A stretch of 63,222 nucleotides of DNA, counting the filler, from Planctomycetota bacterium (GTDB taxonomy: Bacteria > Planctomycetota > Planctomycetia > JALXBF01), in assembly GCA_026991575.1 (NCBI GenBank). It is 8 parts of 8 records of this genome, joined end to end, with 100 filler letters (N's around TTAATTAATTAA, not from the genome) between each part and the next. Parts side by side here need not be neighbours in the genome. Positions count along the whole stretch, not along the records: positions 9,745 to 12,226 come from JALXBF010000017.1; positions 12,327 to 14,779 come from JALXBF010000018.1; positions 14,880 to 41,805 come from JALXBF010000019.1; 5 more parts are not named here. One strand, written 5' to 3'. The notes under the pieces were generated by a model that did not search any database, was not told the DNA's origin, and saw only the letters and a program-made list of their open reading frames with translations. This document shows, in pieces, positions 9,745 to 19,495 of this stretch (position 1 is the first letter of the stretch; each line of letters starts with the position of its first letter). A program made the translations under genes and the position numbers.

Positions 9745-12226
9745 CCCGCGGCAACCGGGGCTGTCACGCACCCCGTAGTAATGAGAAGGACGGCCAGGCT
9801 GGTCCCTGCGGACGCTCCCCCGAAACCTCCAATCCATCCACCTGCCTCGACGCAGGTCTGTCGCAGCTTGTTTTCTGCAAGATAGATCTCCATCGCGCTA
9901 GAGCAGGCGCCCGCGACCACCAGCACCCTTGACCCGTACTTGCAGCATCGAATGACCCGCGCCGCGCGCGGTTTAGGCAAACCAGGGATCCCCGTCGATT
10001 GATGGTTCTTCATCCTGAAGGCATCTTCACAGTAGAGTCGGACAAGCACCTCGCCTGGTTTTTCGGCGTCAGGCCCGACGAGGACAGCTGGGTTCACACG
10101 CCAATACCTGGCTGCACACTTGGCGGAAGGTTTGTCGATGTTCACGTGCATAGGACCCGGCGGCTCTCCGTGACACGACAGGTCGATCCCGAAGACACAG
10201 TGGTTCCGGAAGGCATAGAGCATGATGAGGCGGGTAGACGCGGGATGTCCGTCGGTGCTGAGGATCGGGGGACCGAATGCACCGCCGAGCAGCAGCCGAG
10301 GCGGCCGCAGGTAGCGCACAGCGGGTCGTTTGCACCACAAGACGGGCGTGCCCACAGTCGGCGGGCATAGAACCTGTCCGGCATGGCTACAGGCGTCCAG
10401 AGCGGAGGACGGAAGCACCACGCGGATAGGGCCACACCCTGCTCCCGCCGCGGCTGGGTTCAATCGAGGCGTCGTGCTTTCGCCAGCACCTCCTCCGCGG
10501 CCCTCATCCCCTGTGGGATGAAGCCCCTTCGGGTCACTGAGCGACGTGGGGTGGTTCGCTGCGTAGCCATACGGCTGTGCGCCGCCAGCTAGTCCAAGCG
10601 GGTCGGGGCTGAGCATGCGCCCCAGGCTGGGGTCATAGTTCCGTGCGCGAAGGCCCAGTAACTGTGCCTCGGATGTCCACTCCCTCGCCGTGTAGGCAAA
10701 GCGGGGCGCCGTTTCAAGGTCGCCGTTAGGCAACCCAAAGGTCTCATACGTTAAGCCTTGCAGTGTCGTTCCCGACGAATCCACCCATCCTCGGATGCTG
10801 CCGAGGTAGTCGGTGAGGGCGAAGGTGATGTCGCCCAGGGCGTCCTCTCGGGCAAGGAGGGAGTCAACGGCGGCCGCGTAGAGGCGGCGCTCGGTGAGCT
10901 GTGGGGTGATGCCGTCCGAAGTGTCCGGGTCCGTGAAGTCGGCAATCGGGTTGGCCGCAAAGATCGCGCTCTCGTAGATGCCATCCACATACGGGGCTAG
11001 GCCGCCCTGGGCGACCTGCTCCGCCGTCGGCGGCTGGGCCAGGTCATGCAGCACAAACGTGAACCGCTCCGGCTCTGGGCCAGCCGGGCCGTCCGGGTCC
11101 TCGTAGAACGCAATCCGGCGGTTGAACGCATCGTAGACGTACGTCTCAGTCCACAGCACATTGCCCTGGCCATCCTTGTGCACCACCGACGTCAGCCGGT
11201 TGCGGTAGTCCCACGTGTACTCCGTCACCTCACCGGTCACCGTGTTCGTCTTGCGAATCAGGTTGCCTTCGTTGTCGTACTCGTAGTCATTGGTTCCGTC
11301 CGACAGCAACCGGTTGTCCGCTCCGGTCACATAGCCGGTGCCGTGCAGGTGCGACTCCGTTCGATTGCCATTGGGCGTGTAGCGGTAGTACTCGATCAGG
11401 TTCCCCTGACCATCCCACACGTCCGTCAGCTGACCCTGCGGGTCGTACGCATACGTGCGCGTCCCTTCCGGACCGCTGTACGCCACAATCTGACCGGCCG
11501 CATCCCAGGTGTAGGCGAAGTCCGCCAGCGGCGTCGCATTGCCCTGCGAATCCACGTAGTCGTGGTCAATGAGCGTCAGCCGCGAGGCGGCATCATAGCT
11601 GTAGTTGGTGACGATCTGTGGATCCTGACCCCAGCCACCACCGGAGCCGGGCTCAAAGCGGACCATCCGCACCAGCCGGCTGGCCGCATCGTAGGCAAAC
11701 TGCGCGGTTGCCTTCGGCGTGCCGCTGACCACCAACTCCGCCTGGGTCAGCCGTGAGAGCTTGTCATACTGGTACCGCCACTCGGTGCCGTAGTTGTCGG
11801 TGAGGCGGATGCGGTTGCCGGCATCGTCGTAGGTGTTGGTGAGCTGGATGACCGGGTAGATGGAGGGGCTGCCGGTGTTGTCCAGACTGATGATGCGGCC
11901 GGCGTCGTCGTAGGCAAGCGTGTAGGTCTGGTTCGGGTCGGAGACACCGATCAACTGGTTGGCGGCATCCCAGGTGTAGTTGATCTGGAAGATGATCTGG
12001 CCCTGGCCGTCGAGCCACTTCTCTGCGGTGCGGCGGCCGTCGAGGTCGTAGTCGAACTCACGCCGCCGTCCGTTGCGGTCGACGACCGCCGTCAGCTGTC
12101 CGGCGGCATCGTGCTCGAAGAAGCGGCTCAGTCCCAGCGCGTTGATCTCTTCGATGACCCGATCCACGGCATCCAACCGCCACTGGGTCGTGTTCCCATC
12201 GGCATCGGTCAGCGAGATGAGATTGC
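9745..12226 (-). CDS. Rhs/YD-repeat polymorphic toxin (copy 1), partial at both ends
   Basis: YD repeats; core motif RNYDPSLGRMLSPDPLG...YAANHPTSLSDPKGL followed by a variable Cys-containing tip ending in a Gly-rich hydrophobic segment. Confidence 0.93.
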
Positions 12227-12327
12227 NNNNNNNNNNNNNNNNNNNNNNNNNNNNNNNNNNNNNNNNNNNNTTAATTAATTAANNNNNNNNNNNNNNNNNN
12301 NNNNNNNNNNNNNNNNNNNNNNNNNNT

Positions 12328-13080
12328 CGGGTGTGGCTGGATCTGGAGGAGATGGGCGTGGTTGGGCCGGCGGAGCTGTATGAAGTGGGGCCATGCCCGC
12401 CGATTGATCCGGGGCCGGGTGCGGTGGTGACCGGCCGGTTCCGGCAGCGGCCCACTGAGCTGCTGACGCTGACGGTGGCCACTGCCGACGGAGAACGCCA
12501 GCAGCTAGGTGTCACGCCGAACCACCCGATCTGGAGTGAGGATCGCGAAGCGTTCATCCCGGCGGCGGAGCTTCGTGTCGGCGAACGGTTGCGATCGCTG
12601 TTCGACGAAGAGCTACGCGTCGTGTCCATAGCACCACGTGCCCCGCCAGCGTACGTCTACAACCTCGAGGTCCTCGGCCAGCACGTCTACGCCGTTGGCG
12701 ACTTCGGGGCGCTGGTGCACAATGCATGTGCCCGAAAACTGGCCTCCAACCTCCGCAATGCAAAAAAGTTCCCGGCCGATCCCGAAGTCGAGGTACCGCA
12801 TCACATCGTGGTGCGGGGACGATTCAGCCGCTACCGCGAGGAAGTCCAGTTGGCTGCGCAGCAGGCCAGGGACATTCTCGCCAGGTTTGGCATCGACCTT
12901 GATGATGCCGCCAATGGCGTGTGGCTTCACAAAGACGTCCATAAGCACCTGCATACCGGCACCTATATCATAGCAGTCAGAGACCGACTGGTGGAAGCGC
13001 TCCCCAGTGGAAGACAGGGTGTGGTTGATACGCTGCAGCGAATCGCCGAAGAGCTTCAGAACGGAACTTTCCCGTTCTGA
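12328..13080 (+). CDS. Polymorphic toxin C-terminus: pretoxin Hint domain plus AHH-type (HNH/EndoVII fold) nuclease, 5' truncated
   Basis: Hint motifs TPNHPIWS and VYNLEV...HVYAVG...LVHN; nuclease motifs PHHIV, GIDLDDAANGVWL, HKHLH..Y, LQRIAEEL. Confidence 0.88.
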   Translation, partial: RVWLDLEEMGVVGPAELYEVGPCPPIDPGPGAVVTGRFRQRPTELLTLTVATADGERQQLGVTPNHPIWSEDREAFIPAAELRVGERLRSLFDEELRVVSIAPRAPPAYVYNLEVLGQHVYAVGDFGALVHNACARKLASNLRNAKKFPADPEVEVPHHIVVRGRFSRYREEVQLAAQQARDILARFGIDLDDAANGVWLHKDVHKHLHTGTYIIAVRDRLVEALPSGRQGVVDTLQRIAEELQNGTFPF

Positions 13081-13114
13081 GCGGGTCAAGAACCACCACG
13101 GAGCATGAACTACT

Positions 13115-14680
13115 ATGGCACGGGTGTATAGCTACGACGTCGAATGGCGCAAGGGATGGCCCGCATATCGGAGTGTGTGGTTTCCCAAAGGAAAGGAGCC
13201 GCCGAAGGAGTGGGTTGAACAGGTTGACTCCCGCCTCAGACGGGCACAGTCTCTGGCAGACGTCTGGGTTCCGTGGGAACTCAGATACGGTAGCCCCGCC
13301 GACCTCCCTAGGGGACACTTCTTCATGTCTATAAGCCTGTTAGGAAAGTATTGCATTGGCATGGACGAGGTGGCCCGTCGCGTGCTCGAGCCGCTTCTGG
13401 GGCCGTACGGGGAGTTCTTGCCATTTCGTAGTCGTGACGGCAGATTCTACATATTTAACTGCTTGTACACGGTCGATCCGACCAACCGAGAGGTCGTGAA
13501 GGTAGAACGGGTCGGAACTTCGGAGGTGCATGACCTATACGACTGGACAGATAGGAAGCTGCCTTGGGCGCAGAGGCGAGCTACGTGGATCGACCCGTCG
13601 AAGCTGCCTGATGACTTCGTAGTGTTCAGGCTTCCCGGCACGGACATGCTCTGGCCGTTGACGGCCCTGTACGTTTCGGACGCGGTGGTGGAGGCGGCGC
13701 GGTCGGCGGGTTTGAGGGGGGCGCAGTTTGAGCTACTGTGGCCGCCGGAGGAGGAGCACCGGATCGTCTACAGCTACGAGCAGCCGAAGACGGAACCGCG
13801 GCGTGAGCGTGGCTGGCGACAGCGGATACGGCGCAAGGTGCTGGAGGTGGGCTGGGATGCGGTGATCCTGGAGGCGGAAGCGGTCCGGCAGGGCAGCCCG
13901 ACGCTGGCGTATACGGAGCATCAGGACATGATGTGGCGGGCCTTGCACGAGCACCACCTAAGTCTGTGGGAAGTGTCACCATGGAGTCGGCTAAGCTGGC
14001 AGCTGCACGGGTTCTATCAGGAACTGCAGTGCGGGGGTTTTTCGCAGGTGGTGTTCAATTTGTGGCGAGAGGGGATAGCGTCCGCGGTGGAACGGGCATT
14101 GGAGGAGATAGGCGCGCGGGGCCATCTGAAAGCATTTCGTGCTGGGGTGGCAGTGGTGGAGGGACTGGGCGAGGATCGGTTGCGGGAGTTTCTGGAGGGA
14201 GAGTATTTTGGCGATGAGTGGAAGGAGGTGCGGGACGAGCTGAATCGGGTAAATGAGCTGTTTGATCGGGAGGATGATGTGGAGCCGTTGGAGCAGATCC
14301 ATGCGCGGTGGTTGTTTGAGCATCCTCGCCGTGTCGTGTTGGAGGACTGGGAGATAGAGGGTTGGTTGGAGGATCGGGCGCGATCGCTTGTGGGTCGTCG
14401 TCGCTATGTGCGTGAGGCGGAGCAGCAGGGGCAGGAGCCGCGGTTTGTGCGGCTCTGTCAGCTTGGTGCGGCGAAGGTGGGCAAGGAGCTGGAGATGGTC
14501 TTGGGCAGTGCGAAGCTGACGCTGGAGGAGGCGAAGCTGGCTGGCGTTCGGTTTCTGGCAGGCGGCCAGGAGTACGTGGTGGCGATGCTTCCGGACGGCA
14601 AGGCGCGTGTGTTCGACGCAGCCGGGAAACGGCTGCTGACCAGGCCGTTCCGTGTCCCAGAGGACACACGCCTGCTGTGA
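13115..14680 (+). CDS. Putative immunity protein: Imm11/DUF1629-like N-half fused to a DMP19/DUF4375-like C-half
   Basis: 35 nt after the toxin stop; GEFLP...YIFNC...FRLP...LYVSDAVVEAARSAGLRGAQF resembles Imm11; ELQCGGFSQVVFN...ALEEIGA resembles the DMP19 EV.NGGF.QYF.N...AL..IGA motif. Confidence 0.65.
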   Translation: MARVYSYDVEWRKGWPAYRSVWFPKGKEPPKEWVEQVDSRLRRAQSLADVWVPWELRYGSPADLPRGHFFMSISLLGKYCIGMDEVARRVLEPLLGPYGEFLPFRSRDGRFYIFNCLYTVDPTNREVVKVERVGTSEVHDLYDWTDRKLPWAQRRATWIDPSKLPDDFVVFRLPGTDMLWPLTALYVSDAVVEAARSAGLRGAQFELLWPPEEEHRIVYSYEQPKTEPRRERGWRQRIRRKVLEVGWDAVILEAEAVRQGSPTLAYTEHQDMMWRALHEHHLSLWEVSPWSRLSWQLHGFYQELQCGGFSQVVFNLWREGIASAVERALEEIGARGHLKAFRAGVAVVEGLGEDRLREFLEGEYFGDEWKEVRDELNRVNELFDREDDVEPLEQIHARWLFEHPRRVVLEDWEIEGWLEDRARSLVGRRRYVREAEQQGQEPRFVRLCQLGAAKVGKELEMVLGSAKLTLEEAKLAGVRFLAGGQEYVVAMLPDGKARVFDAAGKRLLTRPFRVPEDTRLL

Positions 14681-14879
14681 TACTGTTGGCGCCCCACAGC
14701 TACCAGGCGCAACGCCGCTCGAATCGGCGGGAGAATCCGCTTGGCCGTAGCCGGCCCTCCACTGGCCGTCCTGCTCCGCNNNNNNNNNNNNNNNNNNNNN
14801 NNNNNNNNNNNNNNNNNNNNNNNTTAATTAATTAANNNNNNNNNNNNNNNNNNNNNNNNNNNNNNNNNNNNNNNNNNNN

Positions 14880-15729
14880 CCTTGCTGCCATCGGGCGTCA
14901 TTTCGACAAGGCGGCGCACATAGGCCTGCCGCTTCGCATTCTTCACCCAGCCCCAGTCTTCACGGTACTGCTTGCCCTCCGCTGCCTCGCCGCGCAGTGT
15001 CGGTTTCCCGTCGTCCTTTTCGAATCTGACTGTACGGCGATGCCGCACCAGGCAGTTATCCCCCATCTCGACAAACCACTGAATCCGCCGTGCATTGCAG
15101 TACCGACCGTCGGCCGTGTACAGCACACGTTGGCCCTTCATTTGCTCGCGCACCTGACCCAGCACGGCGGGTAACTGATCCGCCTTCGCCCTGACGAGCA
15201 GGGGTTCCGATCCCATTGCTCGCACGAGTCCGGTAGATCCGTCCAGTGCGGCCATGACCTCACCGACCGGTGACTCGCGCCGTGGCGACGGTGACTTGAT
15301 CCTGCGGGCATGAAGTACGACGACCTCGTGGTCTCGCAGTGACGGCGGGATCACCCGGCATGCGTACTCCAGGTCGAGCGCCTGTCGGAGCGTCATTGCG
15401 GAGTCAGAGACCAGTGACGCACTAAGAGGCACGGGCATGTGACGCAGCTCGGCGTAAGCCGCTCGCAGTGGCCCTCGTTGCTCACTTCGATCGTCATGTC
15501 CGTAGAGCTCCATCAGCCACTCGTCCTGGAACCGCACTCCGTCTAGCACGAGCTGAACCAGCAATGTTTTGTGGACCGCACGATCGGATTCGTCCTGCCA
15601 TCGCCAGGCAAACGCTGCGGCGAACCGTGAGCTGCTCCACACATGCTGCAGCGCGACCAGAAACGTCTGCACTGTCGGGGTTGATGCGACTTGGGCTGCC
15701 AGGGCGTGGACTAACTCCTCAGGGAACAT
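14880..15729 (-). CDS. Divergent IS4-family transposase homologue, first DDE Asp replaced by His; 3' end cut by contig end
   Basis: Collinear with the transposase at 48191-49612 (FPEEL/DPEEL, IPPSLRDHEVVVLHARR/IPESLSEFEVTLFDGK, YTADGRYC/HVVDRGFC, YREDWGWV/YWEEWGWL, AYVRRLV/LYVRRIV); AGGAG before the ATG. Confidence 0.8.
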
Positions 15730-16258
15730 CCTGATTCTCCTAACCGTGGTCTAAGGCTCGCATCCCGAACACGGACTGCTTGTACCACTCGGTTCGGCAG
15801 CCTTCCCGGGTGCCGACCGATGCAGGGCACTCGTTACCACCATACTACGTTGAGCGTCTCATTGTCCACTGAGTTGGCCGATTCCTCAGGCAGACAGCCA
15901 TTTCCCGGGGTGGCTGGATTCGCTGGGGTTCATTTAGCCGATCGGTCCGAGCAGACGCCCCTTTTGCAGCCCGGGGACGGGATTCGTCGTGATGAAGCCA
16001 GGGGCGGTCATCTCCCGAGCACCTTCGAGGCAAACGCCGATCACAAACGCGGGCGGATAGAAACGCCGGCGCATCAGGTCGAGACCTCTGCACGGGGGGC
16101 GACCGCAGAACAGCGGCCGGTGTGCGGTCCGCAGTGACTCGTACGCTCCACGTCATGCGGTGGGATCGAGTGGCGACGTGTCAGAGATTCTGCCCGTCGG
16201 GAGTACTACAGGTGTAACCGAGACAGAACGACGGTGCAGACAACGCGGAGGCCAACCG

Positions 16259-17704
16259 GTGACGCGGACCACGAGGGAACTCGTTGATTTGACTGCTGCG
16301 ACTGCCACGGGGAACCCGTGGATCGACGCGGGCCTGGCGGTGCTATTAGCAGAGTGTGGCCCCGGTATGCATGCCGCCGCTGACGTCGCCGGCTGGTTGA
16401 CCACGCACTTAATTGGCCCTGCGGGCGGCCAGAGTGCAAGCTCAGCGAGCGGATCGAATCGGCCAACCGGGAAAGTCGGGTGGAAGCCACCTGCGTCGGC
16501 TGTGGTCAACATCACGTCCCCCGGCGGTCGTCCGCTCGCCGTGCCGCTGAAAAGCGCACGCTCGGGGACCTGTGAACTGTGTGGACAGACGGGACGTGTA
16601 GCGGACGCGGCTATGGCCTTTCTGCCCATGGTGGTGGCGTCGAAGAACTTCGTTAACTTTGCCTCTGGGACGCGGCGCGGCCTGCAAGTGTGTCTGCGCT
16701 GCATGGCTGCAGGCTATGCCGCCTATTTGGGCTGCTTGTGGTGGAGGCGTGGCCCCCACTGCTACATGTTCTTGCTGCACGGATTGCTGGACCAGATGCG
16801 GCAGCTTTACCGCACGTACATTGGTCCGGCGCGGGCGGGCGCCTGGAGCCTTTCCCCAGCCTTCGGAGGTGACGGACCTTCTGAGGTGACCTGGGGGCTG
16901 ATCCTGACGATGTTCCGCGCGATGCATGCGCGGGATCCGCAAGCTGACGCGGCTGCCGTCGCGGCCATCGATGAGGTCCACCGCCTGTTGGGCCTGAGCG
17001 CACCCGCCGCACCTGAAGCGCCGATCAGTTTGATCGTGCTCGCTGTTACCAAGGTGGGTCGCGCACCACGTGTGCGGCAGCTCAGCGTGATCAGCCACTT
17101 GCCGACCCTCTACGAGCTGTACAAGGCATGGATCCAGGAACTGGAGCACGACGGTGTGACGGACGCCCACGACGTGCTGACCGGGGTGTTCGGACAGCTT
17201 GTGGTTCGCACACGGGGTGGCAACAGCGACACGAGGTGGCGCGAGCGCGTCGCTCGCGAGATTATCCACTTCGGCGACCCGTTTCCCTTTGTGGAGGAAT
17301 TTGTATTTGAGTTGGCCAGCAGTAGCCCAAAGGGGAAACGACTCGCGATCGGTACGACGACGGTTGTCGACGTGTATGCGAGGGAGGTGTTCGCGATGGC
17401 ACAAGAGTTGATCGATCGAATCGCATCATACGGCTACAGGCTGGGACGCGTCGCGGCTGAGCAGCAGAAGATGTCGCTGCTGTACGACCTGCGAAACGCA
17501 CGGAGCATCGAAGCCTATCTGGAAGTCATCAACAACGCACAGTTCCAGCTCCAGTTGCCGGTGCCGAAAGAGCTGACCGACGTACGCGGCGAGTCTATCG
17601 GCGGTGTGCCCTGGCAGCGCGTGAAGTCGCTTGTTGCGATCCATGCGATGAACGCTTACCTGTACCACCAGAAGGGAGGAGGTTCAGACGGTGAGCGAAA
17701 CTAA
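16259..17704 (+). CDS. cas8: Type I-B Cascade large subunit Cas8 (Cst1/CXXC-CXXC type)
   Basis: GTG start after GGAGG; TGNPWIDAGL motif; CELC...CLRC zinc motif; first gene before cas7-cas5-cas3. Confidence 0.85.
   Translation: MTRTTRELVDLTAATATGNPWIDAGLAVLLAECGPGMHAAADVAGWLTTHLIGPAGGQSASSASGSNRPTGKVGWKPPASAVVNITSPGGRPLAVPLKSARSGTCELCGQTGRVADAAMAFLPMVVASKNFVNFASGTRRGLQVCLRCMAAGYAAYLGCLWWRRGPHCYMFLLHGLLDQMRQLYRTYIGPARAGAWSLSPAFGGDGPSEVTWGLILTMFRAMHARDPQADAAAVAAIDEVHRLLGLSAPAAPEAPISLIVLAVTKVGRAPRVRQLSVISHLPTLYELYKAWIQELEHDGVTDAHDVLTGVFGQLVVRTRGGNSDTRWRERVAREIIHFGDPFPFVEEFVFELASSSPKGKRLAIGTTTVVDVYAREVFAMAQELIDRIASYGYRLGRVAAEQQKMSLLYDLRNARSIEAYLEVINNAQFQLQLPVPKELTDVRGESIGGVPWQRVKSLVAIHAMNAYLYHQKGGGSDGERN
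17396..17704 (+). CDS. cas11: Putative Cas11 small subunit translated from an internal start in cas8 (102 aa)
   Basis: In-frame ATG at 17396 preceded by GGGAGGT; product MAQELIDRIASYGYRLG... is helical; internal Cas11 translation is established for types I-B/I-C/I-D. Confidence 0.7.
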   Translation: MAQELIDRIASYGYRLGRVAAEQQKMSLLYDLRNARSIEAYLEVINNAQFQLQLPVPKELTDVRGESIGGVPWQRVKSLVAIHAMNAYLYHQKGGGSDGERN

Positions 17705-18770
17705 GGTTCTAACGCAAACGCCGATTGAGAAGGGGGAGGCCATGCAGGCGATCGCATTGGGCTACGTCTGGCAAGTTTCCGCGGCCAACATCAACGCGTC
17801 TGGGACTCAGGGCAACGTCATCGAAACCAAGAAGGTGACGATGCCCGACGGCACGACGGTACCATACGTTTCCGGTCAGGCGATCCGACGCATGATCCGT
17901 GACTACTGGGCTGCTACCGGGCTCGCTCTTTCGGAGATTGCAGCCACGGTCAAAGGACAGGAGGTGGAACCACCGGTACGTCCGTGGGAATTCATCGACG
18001 AAGACCTGTTCGGCTACATGGACGCGTCAGGCGGCCGTCGGCGAACGTCCCCGGTGCGCGTGTCGGCAGCGGTGGGCCTGTTCCCTTACCGCGGTGACCG
18101 CGACCAAGGCACGCGCTCGTTCTCTCACTTCGGCGAAGCGATGGCTGCCGGAGGCAACATGTTCGAGATGGAGTTGTACGCGAACTACTTCGCGGGCGCG
18201 ATGCTCGTGGAACTGGACCGTATCGGTCGCTGGCGTACGCGGTTCGAACTGGTCGCCCCCCCGTCGCCGCAGAAGGCCAAAGAGATCGAGAAGCAGGAGC
18301 GGGAGCTGTGCGACAAGCTGCCTGCCGATGTCGCCACTCATTCCGATGAAAACGGAAATGGCATGATCCTGGAGCTGGACCGGGCCAGAAAGATCGAACG
18401 CCTGCACGCTTTGTTCGACGCGGTTGGCCACCTCTGGGGAGGCGGTCGCACGGCGCGGTTCCTGTGTAACCTCAGGCCGATCGCACTTCTGTATGCCCGC
18501 CTGTCGGCGAAGCAGCCGGTGTTTGTAGAGGCGATTCGGGGTTGCTACCAGGATGGCCGACTTCGGCTAGATCTGGACTACCTGATCGAAGTGCTCGACC
18601 TGTACCGCGACAACCTCGAGCATCTCATCGTCGGGCTCACCGGTGACCAGGAGCGAGATGAGTGGACCAGGAAACTGACCGATCGCTACGCCAGTGTCAG
18701 CGTCTGCCCGCTGGCTGAAGCCTTGTCCACCATGAAAAGCGATGTGGAGGGGGCATGGCCGAGGTCCTGA
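17691..18770 (+). CDS. cas7: Type I-B Cas7 (Cst2/DevR family)
   Basis: PYVSGQAIRRMIR, DEDLFGYM, RRTSPVRVS, ELDRIG; overlaps the cas8 stop. Confidence 0.93.
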   Translation: MSETKVLTQTPIEKGEAMQAIALGYVWQVSAANINASGTQGNVIETKKVTMPDGTTVPYVSGQAIRRMIRDYWAATGLALSEIAATVKGQEVEPPVRPWEFIDEDLFGYMDASGGRRRTSPVRVSAAVGLFPYRGDRDQGTRSFSHFGEAMAAGGNMFEMELYANYFAGAMLVELDRIGRWRTRFELVAPPSPQKAKEIEKQERELCDKLPADVATHSDENGNGMILELDRARKIERLHALFDAVGHLWGGGRTARFLCNLRPIALLYARLSAKQPVFVEAIRGCYQDGRLRLDLDYLIEVLDLYRDNLEHLIVGLTGDQERDEWTRKLTDRYASVSVCPLAEALSTMKSDVEGAWPRS

Positions 18771-19495
18771 CCGTTGAGATCCAGGCCGCCGTCGCTTCGT
18801 TCCGGCTACCAACGGAGGTCAACTACCAGCGGTCCCTGCCGGCGCCGCCGCCGACAACGCTGATCGGCCTGGCAGGGGCCGCGATGGGCGCCGGGGAAGA
18901 GGAACTGTGGGACGGCGGCGAACGCGGAGCTGCTTTCCCGTGGCACAGACTGCTCGTCTCGGTCTTGATCGACCACCAGCCGGGAGTCGCCGTGGACCTC
19001 TGGCAACTGCGAAAGTTCGATCGCGAAAAAAAGAGTTGCACCCGCTCGCCTTATCCACGCGAACTGCTCTTCGGACCACGATACACAGCGATTTACGGAG
19101 GACTGGATCGGTGTGACCTCGAGCGGCTCCAGGACGCGTTCCGGTCACCCCGCTACGCGCTGTGCCTGGGCCGAGCGGACGACCTGGCCCGCGTCGTATC
19201 CTGCCGCATTGAGACGGCGACATCGGTCGACCCGACCGACCTCGAGTTCGAAGGGACCGTCTTGCCTGCCACTCGCCAGGACATCCGCATCCAGCCCTCC
19301 CTTCGGCCCGGCCTGCGGCTTCGGCCGGTTCTGTTTGAGCGGTTACCCTGCGGGTTTACCCTCGTTAGGGGAGGCGCCCGCTGCCCTGCGGGACTGAGGG
19401 ACTTTGCGTTCGTGCCGCTGGGTGTGCGCGTCAGGGGACGCGTTGCTAGGGCGTTTGCATTGGGGGGAAGGTATTGGACATGGCTGAACTGCTAG
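18755..19495 (+). CDS. cas5: Type I-B Cas5
   Basis: ASFRLP...QRSLPAPPPTTLIGLAGAAMG; RELL; LCLGRADDL. Confidence 0.93.
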   Translation: MAEVLTVEIQAAVASFRLPTEVNYQRSLPAPPPTTLIGLAGAAMGAGEEELWDGGERGAAFPWHRLLVSVLIDHQPGVAVDLWQLRKFDREKKSCTRSPYPRELLFGPRYTAIYGGLDRCDLERLQDAFRSPRYALCLGRADDLARVVSCRIETATSVDPTDLEFEGTVLPATRQDIRIQPSLRPGLRLRPVLFERLPCGFTLVRGGARCPAGLRDFAFVPLGVRVRGRVARAFALGGRYWTWLNC

